Shown piece after piece: positions 19,404 to 27,745 of a stretch of DNA of 64,000 nucleotides. Position 1 is the stretch's first letter, and the number at the start of each line of letters is the position of its first letter. This DNA is from an uncultured virus (IMG/VR IMGVR_UViG_3300033170_000307) (Duplodnaviria > Heunggongvirae > Uroviricota > Caudoviricetes). Position numbers and translations under genes: made by a program. The notes under the pieces were generated by a model. It ran no database searches and was not told the origin of the DNA. It saw nothing but the letters and a program-made list of their open reading frames with translations. Where the stretch lies: IMG/VR virus record IMGVR_UViG_3300033170_000307, one strand, 5' to 3'.

Positions 19404-21008
19404 TGCCGTGTCACCTCTCGTGTCAGAAGTATTCCGTGTATCTGTGGCCTGTGTCAGAGAACTTTTGCCACTATCGCCCTTGAGCAACACCTTAGCGTGT
19501 GCAGCGAGGTGCGACTTCATGCGCTTCTTCATGCTGCTCGGGCACTGCGTCATCGGCAGACGCGCCAACGCGTTGCGCAGAGGGGCAAGGCCCACACTGC
19601 CATTCTCGTCGGACTTCTTGACCGAAGCATCATGATGGGGGAGCTTCCGCTTGGCGCGGGGAGCAGTGTTGCCGCCCTCGTCCTTCTTGCCGCCCGGCAG
19701 GAGACCGGCGAAAGCCGCGTCAGGAAGGTCGTTGACGTACTTCTGCGTCCATACGGCTGCGTCAGTGCTGTCGCTGATGATGAACATGCCGGCTTCGGCC
19801 GCCATCGCTTCATCGAGCTCGCCAACCAGTTCGCCTACATCGTCCAGGCCGTCAGCTAGTACCGTGACCCACTCTTCGATGCGCTGTCCTGCGATGTCGT
19901 GTGGGACGGTGTTGCTTTCGTGCTCGGACCAGGAGCCGTCCGGGTTCTTGATGAGGACTTGGAGAATGACGCCGGCGTCCGTCTCGGATACCTGCAGCTT
20001 GTACAGGTCGTTCTCGAAGCCCGACAAAGCAGACCCCTCAGCCGGCTCGGGGCTGACGGAACTCTGCTGCTCGATGACATCCACGATGGGGGTTATATCC
20101 AGTGGTTCGGTGCCGGGGTCGTAGTTGCTGCAAGTCGCCGACACGGGGTCGAAGTTCAGGCAGGCCAGGCCGTCCGCGCTCGGCTTCGCCATGGCGCAGT
20201 CCCCGTAGCTGAGGGGGCAGATGTTGGAAATGGAGTTCGCGGCGCGGCGCTCGGCCACGGTCTCGCGCAACTCTTCGATGCGACGGGAGACATCGCTAGC
20301 CGTAGCCAGACTGCCGCGCGACAAGACAACCGGCTCGGGCGAGACGCGGATGATGCGGGACGCCACCGATGCGTCGTAGGTCTTCTCGGCGGCCTTGCCA
20401 TCGTTGTCAACGTACTTGACGGAGAGGATGCGCGCGTTCGTGTCGGCGGGGACCTTGACCAGCGCGGCGCCGCTGAAGAAGACGCGAGAGTCATCCTCCG
20501 CACCACCGAGGAGCCGCACGACGGGCTTGCCGTCGTAGAGCGCGCCCATGTAGGGTGAGAGCTCTTTCCAGCGTTCACTCTTCTCGGTGTACGTGCGCCC
20601 CTTGTAGGAGAGCGCCACCTTATCGAAGTAGCACTCCATGCTGACGCGCCAGTTGTTGCCCTCTTCCTCGTTGTTCTGCAGGTCGTGCGCGAGGCAGTAG
20701 AAGATGTCGCGGTAGATGACGGCGGCGCCGACGATGAAGACCTGCCCGTCCTGCTCGATGAGGGCGGCGTCGTAGGTGTGGCCCACGATGTCGGTGTCCC
20801 AGTGCTCGATGTTGAACGGGCTGTGGATGACGGACTTGAATGAGTTGGCCAGGGTGGCCGGGGTCCAGCTATCGCTATTGGCGTTAATGGCCGGCAGCGC
20901 ATGACACAGGACATAACTCATGTAGAGCTGCGTCCAGTTGTCGGCCACTACCGGGGTCAGGTCAATGGGTGCCGATAGCACTTTGATGTGCTGCTGTGTT
21001 TCGGGCAT
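18435..21008 (-). CDS. Prohead protease fused to scaffold (likely start MPETQQ at 21008)
   Basis: INANSD, FNIEH...IVGH, WRVSMECYF and FSGAALV..PAD motifs of herpes/HK97-type maturation proteases; GAGGT RBS before 21008. Confidence 0.75.
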   Translation of the reverse strand: MPETQQHIKVLSAPIDLTPVVADNWTQLYMSYVLCHALPAINANSDSWTPATLANSFKSVIHSPFNIEHWDTDIVGHTYDAALIEQDGQVFIVGAAVIYRDIFYCLAHDLQNNEEEGNNWRVSMECYFDKVALSYKGRTYTEKSERWKELSPYMGALYDGKPVVRLLGGAEDDSRVFFSGAALVKVPADTNARILSVKYVDNDGKAAEKTYDASVASRIIRVSPEPVVLSRGSLATASDVSRRIEELRETVAERRAANSISNICPLSYGDCAMAKPSADGLACLNFDPVSATCSNYDPGTEPLDITPIVDVIEQQSSVSPEPAEGSALSGFENDLYKLQVSETDAGVILQVLIKNPDGSWSEHESNTVPHDIAGQRIEEWVTVLADGLDDVGELVGELDEAMAAEAGMFIISDSTDAAVWTQKYVNDLPDAAFAGLLPGGKKDEGGNTAPRAKRKLPHHDASVKKSDENGSVGLAPLRNALARLPMTQCPSSMKKRMKSHLAAHAKVLLKGDSGKSSLTQATDTRNTSDTRGDTAMPMTTEDFKQMLDESVATAIKPIGDKLETFASGLGEVQEELKSRGSQLDGLLTAQRTETRLAQLDPLPITDDVRALANDMSDEMWGKYVASSQPFIQAAKDAAAAAQAETETAQAETETAQAETETQTETPADGGEAQAQAQTETQNETPAEGGEAQAETETQTETPADGGEAQAQTETQTETQTETPAEGGEAQAETETQTETPADGGEAQAQAETQTETLAEGGEAQAETETQDEEASAQTEGGEGGEAQASQQQPPAGAQLPVTSGGGGSAQSMFVFRGPGGETAAGGSVGEVSAKGSYEALTQGYQKLWHEQLKSSDE
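18690..19090 (-). repeat. Coding tandem repeat AQAETETQTETPA(D/E)GGE
   Basis: About six long imperfect units plus shorter AQAETET units in the scaffold C-terminus. Confidence 0.95.
19426..19436 (-). promoter_or_regulatory. Intragenic late-promoter-like motif CGGAATACTTC
   Basis: Exact copy inside the protease ORF, about 23 nt before the internal ATG. Confidence 0.7.
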
Positions 21009-21033
21009 TAAATGACCTCTTCTGGAAGAAGTT

Positions 21034-21143
21034 CGGTGCAGGACGTAAGACATGTGACGCTGCCGCTTGTGCGACTTCTCGCTTTCACGAGCTACTTGCC
21101 GGGCGCCCCCCGGAACTACCTGGAGCTTGACCCCAGGATACTT
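21034..21143 (-). ncRNA. Orphan TnpB omegaRNA/right-end copy with a different guide
   Basis: 21054-21143 aligns by eye to 15476-15566 with about 12 differences in 91 nt; ends GCGTCAC, followed by ATGTCTTACGTCCTGCACCG. Confidence 0.75.
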
Positions 21144-21326
21144 TTGGGCTTTATTGTGCCCACACGCTGAGAGTTTTGCGCGACAGACGCTTCTCTGTCG
21201 CAACCTGATACGCTCAAGTGTCAAGGTGCATACGACACCATCCCGTTATGGTACGGGCCAACCCGAAATCTCGTTGAGACTTCGCGCGCCGTAGGCGGAG
21301 ACGCATCCGGTGCAAACTCCACAGTG

Positions 21327-21337
21327 GAAGTATTCCG
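21327..21337 (-). promoter_or_regulatory. Late-promoter-like motif CGGAATACTTC
   Basis: Exact copy between portal and protease. Confidence 0.7.
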
Positions 21338-21371
21338 TCATTTCTCGGTCGTGTCAGGCAAGAACGGCCAC

Positions 21372-22967
21372 TTATGCCTGTGGAGTGGGTTGGTCGCCTG
21401 TCGGCTGCCGGCCCGGAGGGTAGTCCTGGCCGGGGCCGCTCGGCGGCCGTCCGGGGTCCTGCGCCATCTTGGTCTGGGTCTGCTGAGAGATGAAGAGACC
21501 CTTCTTCTGGAACTCAAGCTCTTCCTCAAGACGGGCGATTTCCGTGGCCGGGTCGTGGCCCGCCTCTTCCAACGCTGTCTGGCCCGAGATGAGGCCCAAA
21601 TGCCGGAGACCGAGTACGATGGCCTTGAAGCGGTCCTGTGGTCGCAGGTCCACCTTGTCGAACACGATGTGGACGCGTTCCTTGATGCCGAACTTCTGGG
21701 CTACGGCGTTGAGCTCGCGCTCCCAGAACGCCTTGACTTCGAGCCGGGCAACATCCAGGCGCCGCAACAGGACTTCGACCTGGACCCACTGGTTGCTGTA
21801 GCCGCTGCCGCCCCCGCCCGCCGATGCGTCAACGAGGAACATGGGGACGCCGATGCCAGCATAGAGCTCGGCGTTGACGGCCTCGTACTTGTCGCGACCG
21901 AGAATCTCACCGGCCGGTGGGCGCAACATCTGGACATTGAGCGTGTGGTTCCAGTACACGGTGAAGCTGCGCTTGTCCGTCTCGAACGCGCGCTGGATTT
22001 CGCGAATCTGCTTCACGTTCGCCGGGTACTTGTCGTTGCCCACCGTGACCAGCACGATGCAGTTCACCATGTCCTCGGCGGTCGCTTCGTCCATGAGCTG
22101 CATGATGCGCTTGGTGCGGTACGAGAAGCTGGCGCGCAGCAGGAACGGCACGGGGTAGCGCGAGTAGGGTTGCTTCTTGCGGTCAATGAAGTTGACCACA
22201 TTGGGGTCGAAGACGTAGTAGTCCTTGCTCCCCACGCTGAACGGCTTCATCCACGGCGGTGGCTTGTACTCGCTCTCGTTCTGCAGGCCCATGTAGGTGA
22301 GGTTCTGTGGCTTGAGAACGTCGGCCGGCACGCCCACCTTGATGATGTTGCTGGTGTCCTGTGCGGGCTGAAGCATGTCATCGAACTGCACATTGAGGGC
22401 GCCGAGCACGGCGCAGTGGGCGGGGTTGTACAGGGTGTAGAACCTGTTCTTGCCGTCTACCTCGCCCAGGCGGATGGGGACGGCGCGGCCGAACAGGGTA
22501 TGGTCGCGGATGGACCAGCGCATCAGGTCGTTGAGGCCGATGGTCTCCACCCAGTTGTAGAAGTCGGCGACATTGCCGCTGCTGCGCTTCTTGTTGGTAG
22601 CTTCCTTGCCGGAAAGCACGACGCGGCAACCGGCAGAGATGAGGTCGCACAGGGTGTCAATGCTGGTGCCCACGACGGCATCCCAGTAGTAGAGCTTCAG
22701 CACATAGTCGCAGCGCTTCTGCCACTCCAAGAACGGGTCGCCGCCAGTGGAAGAAATTGGAATCTGGAACAGGCCGGTGGCGTCGGTGCCGCCCCCGGAG
22801 TATGAGGTGTTGATGGTGTCGAAGAGCCCGGCGCGCGCTTTGCCGCCAAAGAGATTGGTCCCTTGGCCCCCCATCGCCAACTCCCGATGGCCGGCGAGAA
22901 CGTCCTGCCGCAGGAGCATCTTGAATTGCCCCTGGCCGGTCTGCTTGGCTGTGATGATTTCCGCCAT
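21372..22967 (-). CDS. Portal protein
   Basis: 531 aa directly after TerL; YYWDAVVGTSID, DRKKQPYSRYPVPFL, GLISGQTALEEAGHD...E portal-like C-terminus. Confidence 0.85.
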   Translation of the reverse strand: MAEIITAKQTGQGQFKMLLRQDVLAGHRELAMGGQGTNLFGGKARAGLFDTINTSYSGGGTDATGLFQIPISSTGGDPFLEWQKRCDYVLKLYYWDAVVGTSIDTLCDLISAGCRVVLSGKEATNKKRSSGNVADFYNWVETIGLNDLMRWSIRDHTLFGRAVPIRLGEVDGKNRFYTLYNPAHCAVLGALNVQFDDMLQPAQDTSNIIKVGVPADVLKPQNLTYMGLQNESEYKPPPWMKPFSVGSKDYYVFDPNVVNFIDRKKQPYSRYPVPFLLRASFSYRTKRIMQLMDEATAEDMVNCIVLVTVGNDKYPANVKQIREIQRAFETDKRSFTVYWNHTLNVQMLRPPAGEILGRDKYEAVNAELYAGIGVPMFLVDASAGGGGSGYSNQWVQVEVLLRRLDVARLEVKAFWERELNAVAQKFGIKERVHIVFDKVDLRPQDRFKAIVLGLRHLGLISGQTALEEAGHDPATEIARLEEELEFQKKGLFISQQTQTKMAQDPGRPPSGPGQDYPPGRQPTGDQPTPQA

Positions 22968-22976
22968 TAAGGACTC

Positions 22977-24662
22977 CTAGCGACGCTGGCCGAATACGCC
23001 CGTACTGACTGAGCCACCCGGCAAGGGGTCGCCTTCGCTCGTGGTTTGCAGAGTTACGCGCTTCGCAGCGTAGTTCCCCAGACAGGTCACTATCGCGCGG
23101 TCTTTGGGCTGGTTGCCCGGTGTGTCGAAATGCAGGGTGCCGTTGTTGTTGGCGCTCATCTGGATAGCGCGAAGTTCGCGCTGGGCGGCCATGATGTGGT
23201 CCTGAGCTTGCTCGGCCGCTTCGAGTAGAGGGCCCCCGGTGACGAACGGGTCAACCTTGCCCGCGAACTGGATGCGCTTAGTTTCCAGGCCGCTCTTCAG
23301 GCCCATGTAGAGCTCTTTGTTGACTTCGGTGCTTTGCGCCACCGGGTCCAGGATGTTCTTGGGGTCGCCGGGGTTCTCCTCATCGAAGAGCCCGAACTGC
23401 CCGTAGGGAATCACCACGTTTGAGAGCGGCGGCATGAAGCCTTCCTTGTCCCCCGGCTCGCAGAGCAGGTCCACGAGCGCCAAGCCACCGCCTCCTCTAT
23501 CTATGCAGATGTGAGCCACGTTGAACCTGGCGGCGATGCCCCCGATGATGTCGCGCATGACGGGGGTGCTGAGCCCTTTGTCCGCGAAGCAGTAGACCAT
23601 GGCCCACAGGCCGGGCTCGACTTCTTCGAACACCGAAATCGCGAAGTAGTCACCCGTGCGGGCGGGGTCAACAGCCATCACATAGCGCCGGCCAGGGACC
23701 GGGGCCAGGCGCACGGACAGTTGCGGGTTCACGCACTGCTGGATGAGGCTGGCGTTGAAGAAGCCGTCGCTGTCGGCAGGGAAGTAGGCGCACCACTCCA
23801 TCAGGAACTCGATGACGCCCATCGTCTTCATGGCGTCATTGATGACGGAAGCGGACATGAACCCTTCAGGCAGGTCGCGGTAGTCGAACACGTAGAGCCC
23901 ATAGGCCGGGTCGTACTCGGGGTTGTGGCTGCCATCCTCAAGGAACTCTGCGGTGTACCTCAGGTACTGCTTGTACTTCTCATAGAAGTGATTGAACTGG
24001 TAGTAGGCAGAAGACGACAGGATGAGGCGGTTGCTCCGGGACAGCCGGTCGAAGTCAATGCCGGCTTCGCGGATTTCGGCTTCGTATCGCTTCAGGCGCG
24101 CCAGGCGCACTTGGGCAGCCGGGTCAGCAGCCGTGGCCGCCAGCGGCTTGATAACCAGGTCAATGACCTCTGGCGTAATCTGCGCCGCCTCGTCCATGAG
24201 GATGCTGTTGGCGCGAGCGCCGCGAATCTTGTTGCCATCACCCAGCGGCAGGGCAAAGACCATGCTGCCGTTCCTGAGCTTCCAGATGGACTGGTCAGCC
24301 AGGTTCGATGGGCCGCCGTTTCTCATCGTGCAGCGCTGCAGGAACGGGCTCTTGTTAATGGCACGCTCGATTTCGGCGAAGACGAACTTGGCCTGACGGA
24401 ACGACGGGCCGACGATGCCGACCTTCCAGCCCGAGTACAGGATGGCTTCCAGGATGGCCATGCGGCTGAGGTCGAACGTCTTGGTGGTACCACGACCACG
24501 CGCGTTCATGATGAACGTCTTGTTCCACGAGTCCCGGTAGAAGAACCGCTGGTGCGGCATGTACTCATCGCCGATGAGAATGGTGCCGGCGAATACGGGG
24601 TCGCTTCTGAACAGCCTCAGCAGAGCAATGTCGTTCTTGGTGAGTGGGCTAAGACGGGGCAT
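22977..24662 (-). CDS. terL: Terminase large subunit
   Basis: Walker A RGRGTTKT, IRGARANSILMDEAA Walker B, RNase H-like AVDPARTGD and KDR. Confidence 0.92.
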   Translation of the reverse strand: MPRLSPLTKNDIALLRLFRSDPVFAGTILIGDEYMPHQRFFYRDSWNKTFIMNARGRGTTKTFDLSRMAILEAILYSGWKVGIVGPSFRQAKFVFAEIERAINKSPFLQRCTMRNGGPSNLADQSIWKLRNGSMVFALPLGDGNKIRGARANSILMDEAAQITPEVIDLVIKPLAATAADPAAQVRLARLKRYEAEIREAGIDFDRLSRSNRLILSSSAYYQFNHFYEKYKQYLRYTAEFLEDGSHNPEYDPAYGLYVFDYRDLPEGFMSASVINDAMKTMGVIEFLMEWCAYFPADSDGFFNASLIQQCVNPQLSVRLAPVPGRRYVMAVDPARTGDYFAISVFEEVEPGLWAMVYCFADKGLSTPVMRDIIGGIAARFNVAHICIDRGGGGLALVDLLCEPGDKEGFMPPLSNVVIPYGQFGLFDEENPGDPKNILDPVAQSTEVNKELYMGLKSGLETKRIQFAGKVDPFVTGGPLLEAAEQAQDHIMAAQRELRAIQMSANNNGTLHFDTPGNQPKDRAIVTCLGNYAAKRVTLQTTSEGDPLPGGSVSTGVFGQRR

Positions 24663-25641
24663 CAGCTTCTTCCTCCGTCACAGCGAACTCGTTACGCTGA
24701 ATGTCGGCACGGATACCGAACTCGGCTTCCAGGACCGCTTCCGCCGTGCCCGGCGAGAGCTCGCGCTGCTGGCGCTCGCGGGCCCGCTCGATGATGGGCT
24801 TCTCTTCCTCGATGTCGCGCTCGAACTGTCTCAGCGCCTGGCGCTGCAGCTCGTCATACTGCGCCGCCAGGTCGGCGATAGAGGAGCCAAGCGTGTCGCC
24901 CTGCTTGAGCCGCTGTGTGCGGGTCACGCCCAGCGCCATGGCCGCGCTCATCCAGTTCTCCTGGGCCTTGGCAATCTGGTTGGGGTTGACATCCTTGCCC
25001 TGCGCCACGTCGCGCTGCAGCCGGTAGGTCGTGAGCTCGTTAATCATCAATGCCGCGACCAGCGTCTCGTCGGGAGCGATGTTGAGCTCCGGGAAGTCCT
25101 GGAAATACTTGGCTATCCGCTGCTGAGCGAAGAGATTCTCTTTGCGGTCCTGGATGGCGTCAATGAGACTCAGCACCAGGGTGTGCTCGGTGATGCTGGG
25201 GAGCAGGCGCCTGAAGCTGTCGTCCATGGCCTCCCCAGTGTCTTCTTGGGGCGGCTCGGTGGAAGGCTCCTCCGCCTGGGCCTCGTCGTCCAGCTTGCGA
25301 ACCGGGGCTTTGCTCTCGGGCAATTCGATGGTGATGCTGTGCGCGGCCAACTGTCGCCGAACGTCATTGAGCGACACGTACTGGTCGCGCGGGGTGTTGT
25401 TGCCGTCAAGGGTCGCCCAGGTGGAATCGCTCTCCACCTGAAGCACAATCTTGGCGCCCGAGAGACGGCGGTTGAGGCCGGTCTTCTTTGCTCCGGCCAC
25501 GCGGCCCATGTACGTGGGCCGGCCGGTGCCGTTGGGATACGTCTCCTCGATGATGAACCAATCCGCCAATACCTTCAGGGCGTCAGTGTTCTCCCCGAGG
25601 AGAGCCAGTATGGCGGGGTTGACCCACAAAGTATGCGCCAT
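24649..25641 (-). CDS. Hypothetical protein, possible terminase small subunit
   Basis: Overlaps the TerL start; helical C-terminal half (ALGVTRTQR); GGAGGT RBS. Confidence 0.45.
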   Translation of the reverse strand: MAHTLWVNPAILALLGENTDALKVLADWFIIEETYPNGTGRPTYMGRVAGAKKTGLNRRLSGAKIVLQVESDSTWATLDGNNTPRDQYVSLNDVRRQLAAHSITIELPESKAPVRKLDDEAQAEEPSTEPPQEDTGEAMDDSFRRLLPSITEHTLVLSLIDAIQDRKENLFAQQRIAKYFQDFPELNIAPDETLVAALMINELTTYRLQRDVAQGKDVNPNQIAKAQENWMSAAMALGVTRTQRLKQGDTLGSSIADLAAQYDELQRQALRQFERDIEEEKPIIERARERQQRELSPGTAEAVLEAEFGIRADIQRNEFAVTEEEADAPS

Positions 25642-25670
25642 TGAGAGTAGACCTCCAAAACGCTACCTTG

Positions 25671-25681
25671 GAAGTATTCCG
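25671..25681 (-). promoter_or_regulatory. Late-promoter-like motif CGGAATACTTC at the head of the packaging operon
   Basis: Exact copy about 30 nt upstream of the ATG at 25641. Confidence 0.7.
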
Positions 25682-25773
25682 AAGAGGGGGCCAAGAACTG
25701 CAGCAGAAATGCAGAAATGGCTGTAAAGATAGCTCTGGTACTAGTATCTGAGCAGAACGCCAGGAGGAAGTTA

Positions 25774-26145
25774 ATGCCTGTCGAAATCCAAGAGAACAAG
25801 GGGTTCGCGCAGCACGCCCCCGGTCAGTTCCCAACCAAGGCCTTCGCCCAGACCATCCGCGAGAACCTGGCTAAGTTCCAGCACGACCTGGACGACGCTA
25901 CGGCCGGCGCCCTGCAGCGGGTAGTGGAGAAGGTGGACACGGAGGAGACGTTCCAGCACCTGGCCACCATTCCGAAGCACATGGTGGCGCAGCACCTGGG
26001 GCGCATCTGTGGGGAGCTGGCGCCTCAGGGCGACCAGTTGAGGTTCATCAACATGCTGGAGCGCGTGATGGTGGAGGGGAAGTTCGTGTCGTCGTCCGAG
26101 GTGCGGAAGTTCAAGGAAGCGGTCGGTCGGCATATGCCGATGTAG
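25774..26145 (+). CDS. Hypothetical protein (MPVEIQENK...)
   Basis: AGGAGG RBS before the ATG at 25774; biased codons. Confidence 0.7.
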   Translation: MPVEIQENKGFAQHAPGQFPTKAFAQTIRENLAKFQHDLDDATAGALQRVVEKVDTEETFQHLATIPKHMVAQHLGRICGELAPQGDQLRFINMLERVMVEGKFVSSSEVRKFKEAVGRHMPM

Positions 26146-26503
26146 CCCCGGCGCGAATGTCTGGGGGTGTGGCCAGAGGAGGCTCGCCTTCTTTGTCCCA
26201 CCCCCAGGACGCTACGCGCGCCTTCTCTTCACTTGACAGCCGGCCACCGCCCTTGTAGCGAAGATACAGGTCAGTATCTGAGCCCATCAACAAGCCCACC
26301 ATCTGTTGGACGGCCGACCGAAATGGGGACGCGGGAAGTTCGCCCGGCGCGACCAATACGAATGTCCTGCATGCACAGTAGCGGCAGCCGGCCACTTCGT
26401 CTTGTACTCGCTCTATGAAGTGGTTGATGTAGGTGTGCCCGCACGAGCAGATGGCATCCGGGTTGTGTGTCTGGTCGAAAGTCATTCCGGTCCCGCCTTT
26501 CAT
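26111..26503 (-). CDS. Hypothetical zinc-binding protein
   Basis: CxCGH...H...CxxCxC motif; coupled to the upstream gene. Confidence 0.6.
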   Translation of the reverse strand: MKGGTGMTFDQTHNPDAICSCGHTYINHFIERVQDEVAGCRYCACRTFVLVAPGELPASPFRSAVQQMVGLLMGSDTDLYLRYKGGGRLSSEEKARVASWGWDKEGEPPLATPPDIRAGATSAYADRPLP

Positions 26504-27417
26504 TGTAGCGACAGAGCGATGGCCATGCCTTCGCTGTCCAGCCCCTGACGCTCCAACGTCTCACGCCAGATGGCGTCAACCAGGAGCATCACGTTGGTGT
26601 AGGACTTCTCGGGCATGGGCTCCAGACCCTCGAAATTGATGAGGAACGTCGGCTTAGAGAGGGCCATGGCCACCTGCAGGTCCGCCGCGATGCCCTGCGA
26701 CTTAGGATGCCACAGGACGTGGATTTCGCTCGCGCGGGATATGGCGTCAATGTTGTGGCAGACGATACCAAACCCGTGCGGCTCCTCCTGGTAGGTATCG
26801 CGGATGGGGGAATGGACCTTGACCCCATGCTGCTCCAGCATCTTCGTGTGCCGTTCGGCCAACCGCTTGAGCTCTTCATCATCTGTCCGCACGGGGCTGA
26901 TGAGGAAGACGCTGGGGGTCTCCGCGTCGAAGTCGCTGGGGCCCCGGAGCGTCACTACCACGGGGTCCGTCAACACCTCCCACACGACCTCCACGACCTT
27001 CTTGCCGTCCTGGCCGGCCAGTTCCTTCGCCAGGTCCCCCACCTGCTTGGCTGATGGCAGGGAGTGCTTGTAGCGCCAGAAGGCGATACACAGCTCCGCC
27101 GCGAGACCGGCCATGTCCTGGCCCATCCCGCGCAGCTTGGCGCGATGGAAGGCGCTGGAGCCGATGACCGCTACCTGGCCCGAGTTCTCCCAGCCGCCGC
27201 CGATGAACTGCGCGAGCTTACTAAGCGGCATGATGTCCTGGGGTGCACACTTCAGCTCGGCGCATACCAGATTCAGCATGGCGGCAGTGGACGGCTTGTC
27301 GGGGTTGGACAGGTCGTAGAGGCTGGTGCGGCTGATGTCGAGCTTCTTGGCGAGCTCAGAGATGTTGAGCCCGCGCTTCTGGACCATCTGTGTGATAAGG
27401 GGTTTGTTGTCGCTCAT
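26500..27417 (-). CDS. XRE/Cro HTH protein fused to a nucleoside 2-deoxyribosyltransferase-like domain
   Basis: N-terminal GLNISELAKKLDISRTSLYDL; C-terminal VFLISP...VHSP...NIDAI...SQG...AMALSKP. Confidence 0.7.
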   Translation of the reverse strand: MSDNKPLITQMVQKRGLNISELAKKLDISRTSLYDLSNPDKPSTAAMLNLVCAELKCAPQDIMPLSKLAQFIGGGWENSGQVAVIGSSAFHRAKLRGMGQDMAGLAAELCIAFWRYKHSLPSAKQVGDLAKELAGQDGKKVVEVVWEVLTDPVVVTLRGPSDFDAETPSVFLISPVRTDDEELKRLAERHTKMLEQHGVKVHSPIRDTYQEEPHGFGIVCHNIDAISRASEIHVLWHPKSQGIAADLQVAMALSKPTFLINFEGLEPMPEKSYTNVMLLVDAIWRETLERQGLDSEGMAIALSLQ

Positions 27418-27435
27418 AGTTCTCTCACCGAGGCG

Positions 27436-27464
27436 ATGATAACAAGGTTGGCGAATCCTGTCAA
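27436..27464 (-). promoter_or_regulatory. sigma70-type promoter
   Basis: TTGACA-17-TATCAT upstream of the HTH gene. Confidence 0.75.
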
Positions 27465-27745
27465 CCTTTTTTTGACACCAGGCCCTCGGTGATTTCTGCG
27501 AGCACTTTCAGAGCTTCGTCTGGTTCGGCGGGGTTCTTGAACAGCAGCACGGAAGCGACGGTGACGCGACGGGCCAGGTGCTCCTCATGTACGTCCTTGC
27601 ACGACTTAGCCGTCTGGCGCAGGGCCCGTGCGCTCCCATGTAGGCGGTGGGTCCGCACAGGCTCGTGAAAGCCGGCCACTCGGGTGATGGTCTCACTAAT
27701 CGTCTCCAGTCTCTGCCGAAGCACCTGCCTTCCTATTTCGTTCAT
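27461..27745 (-). CDS. Hypothetical protein (MNEIGRQ...)
   Basis: GGAG RBS, co-oriented, fills the gap. Confidence 0.5.
   Translation of the reverse strand: MNEIGRQVLRQRLETISETITRVAGFHEPVRTHRLHGSARALRQTAKSCKDVHEEHLARRVTVASVLLFKNPAEPDEALKVLAEITEGLVSKKG

Noticed and set aside
21009..21224. N-terminal 72 aa of the 929-aa ORF
   Set aside because: It runs through the orphan omegaRNA; the RBS-supported start is at 21008.
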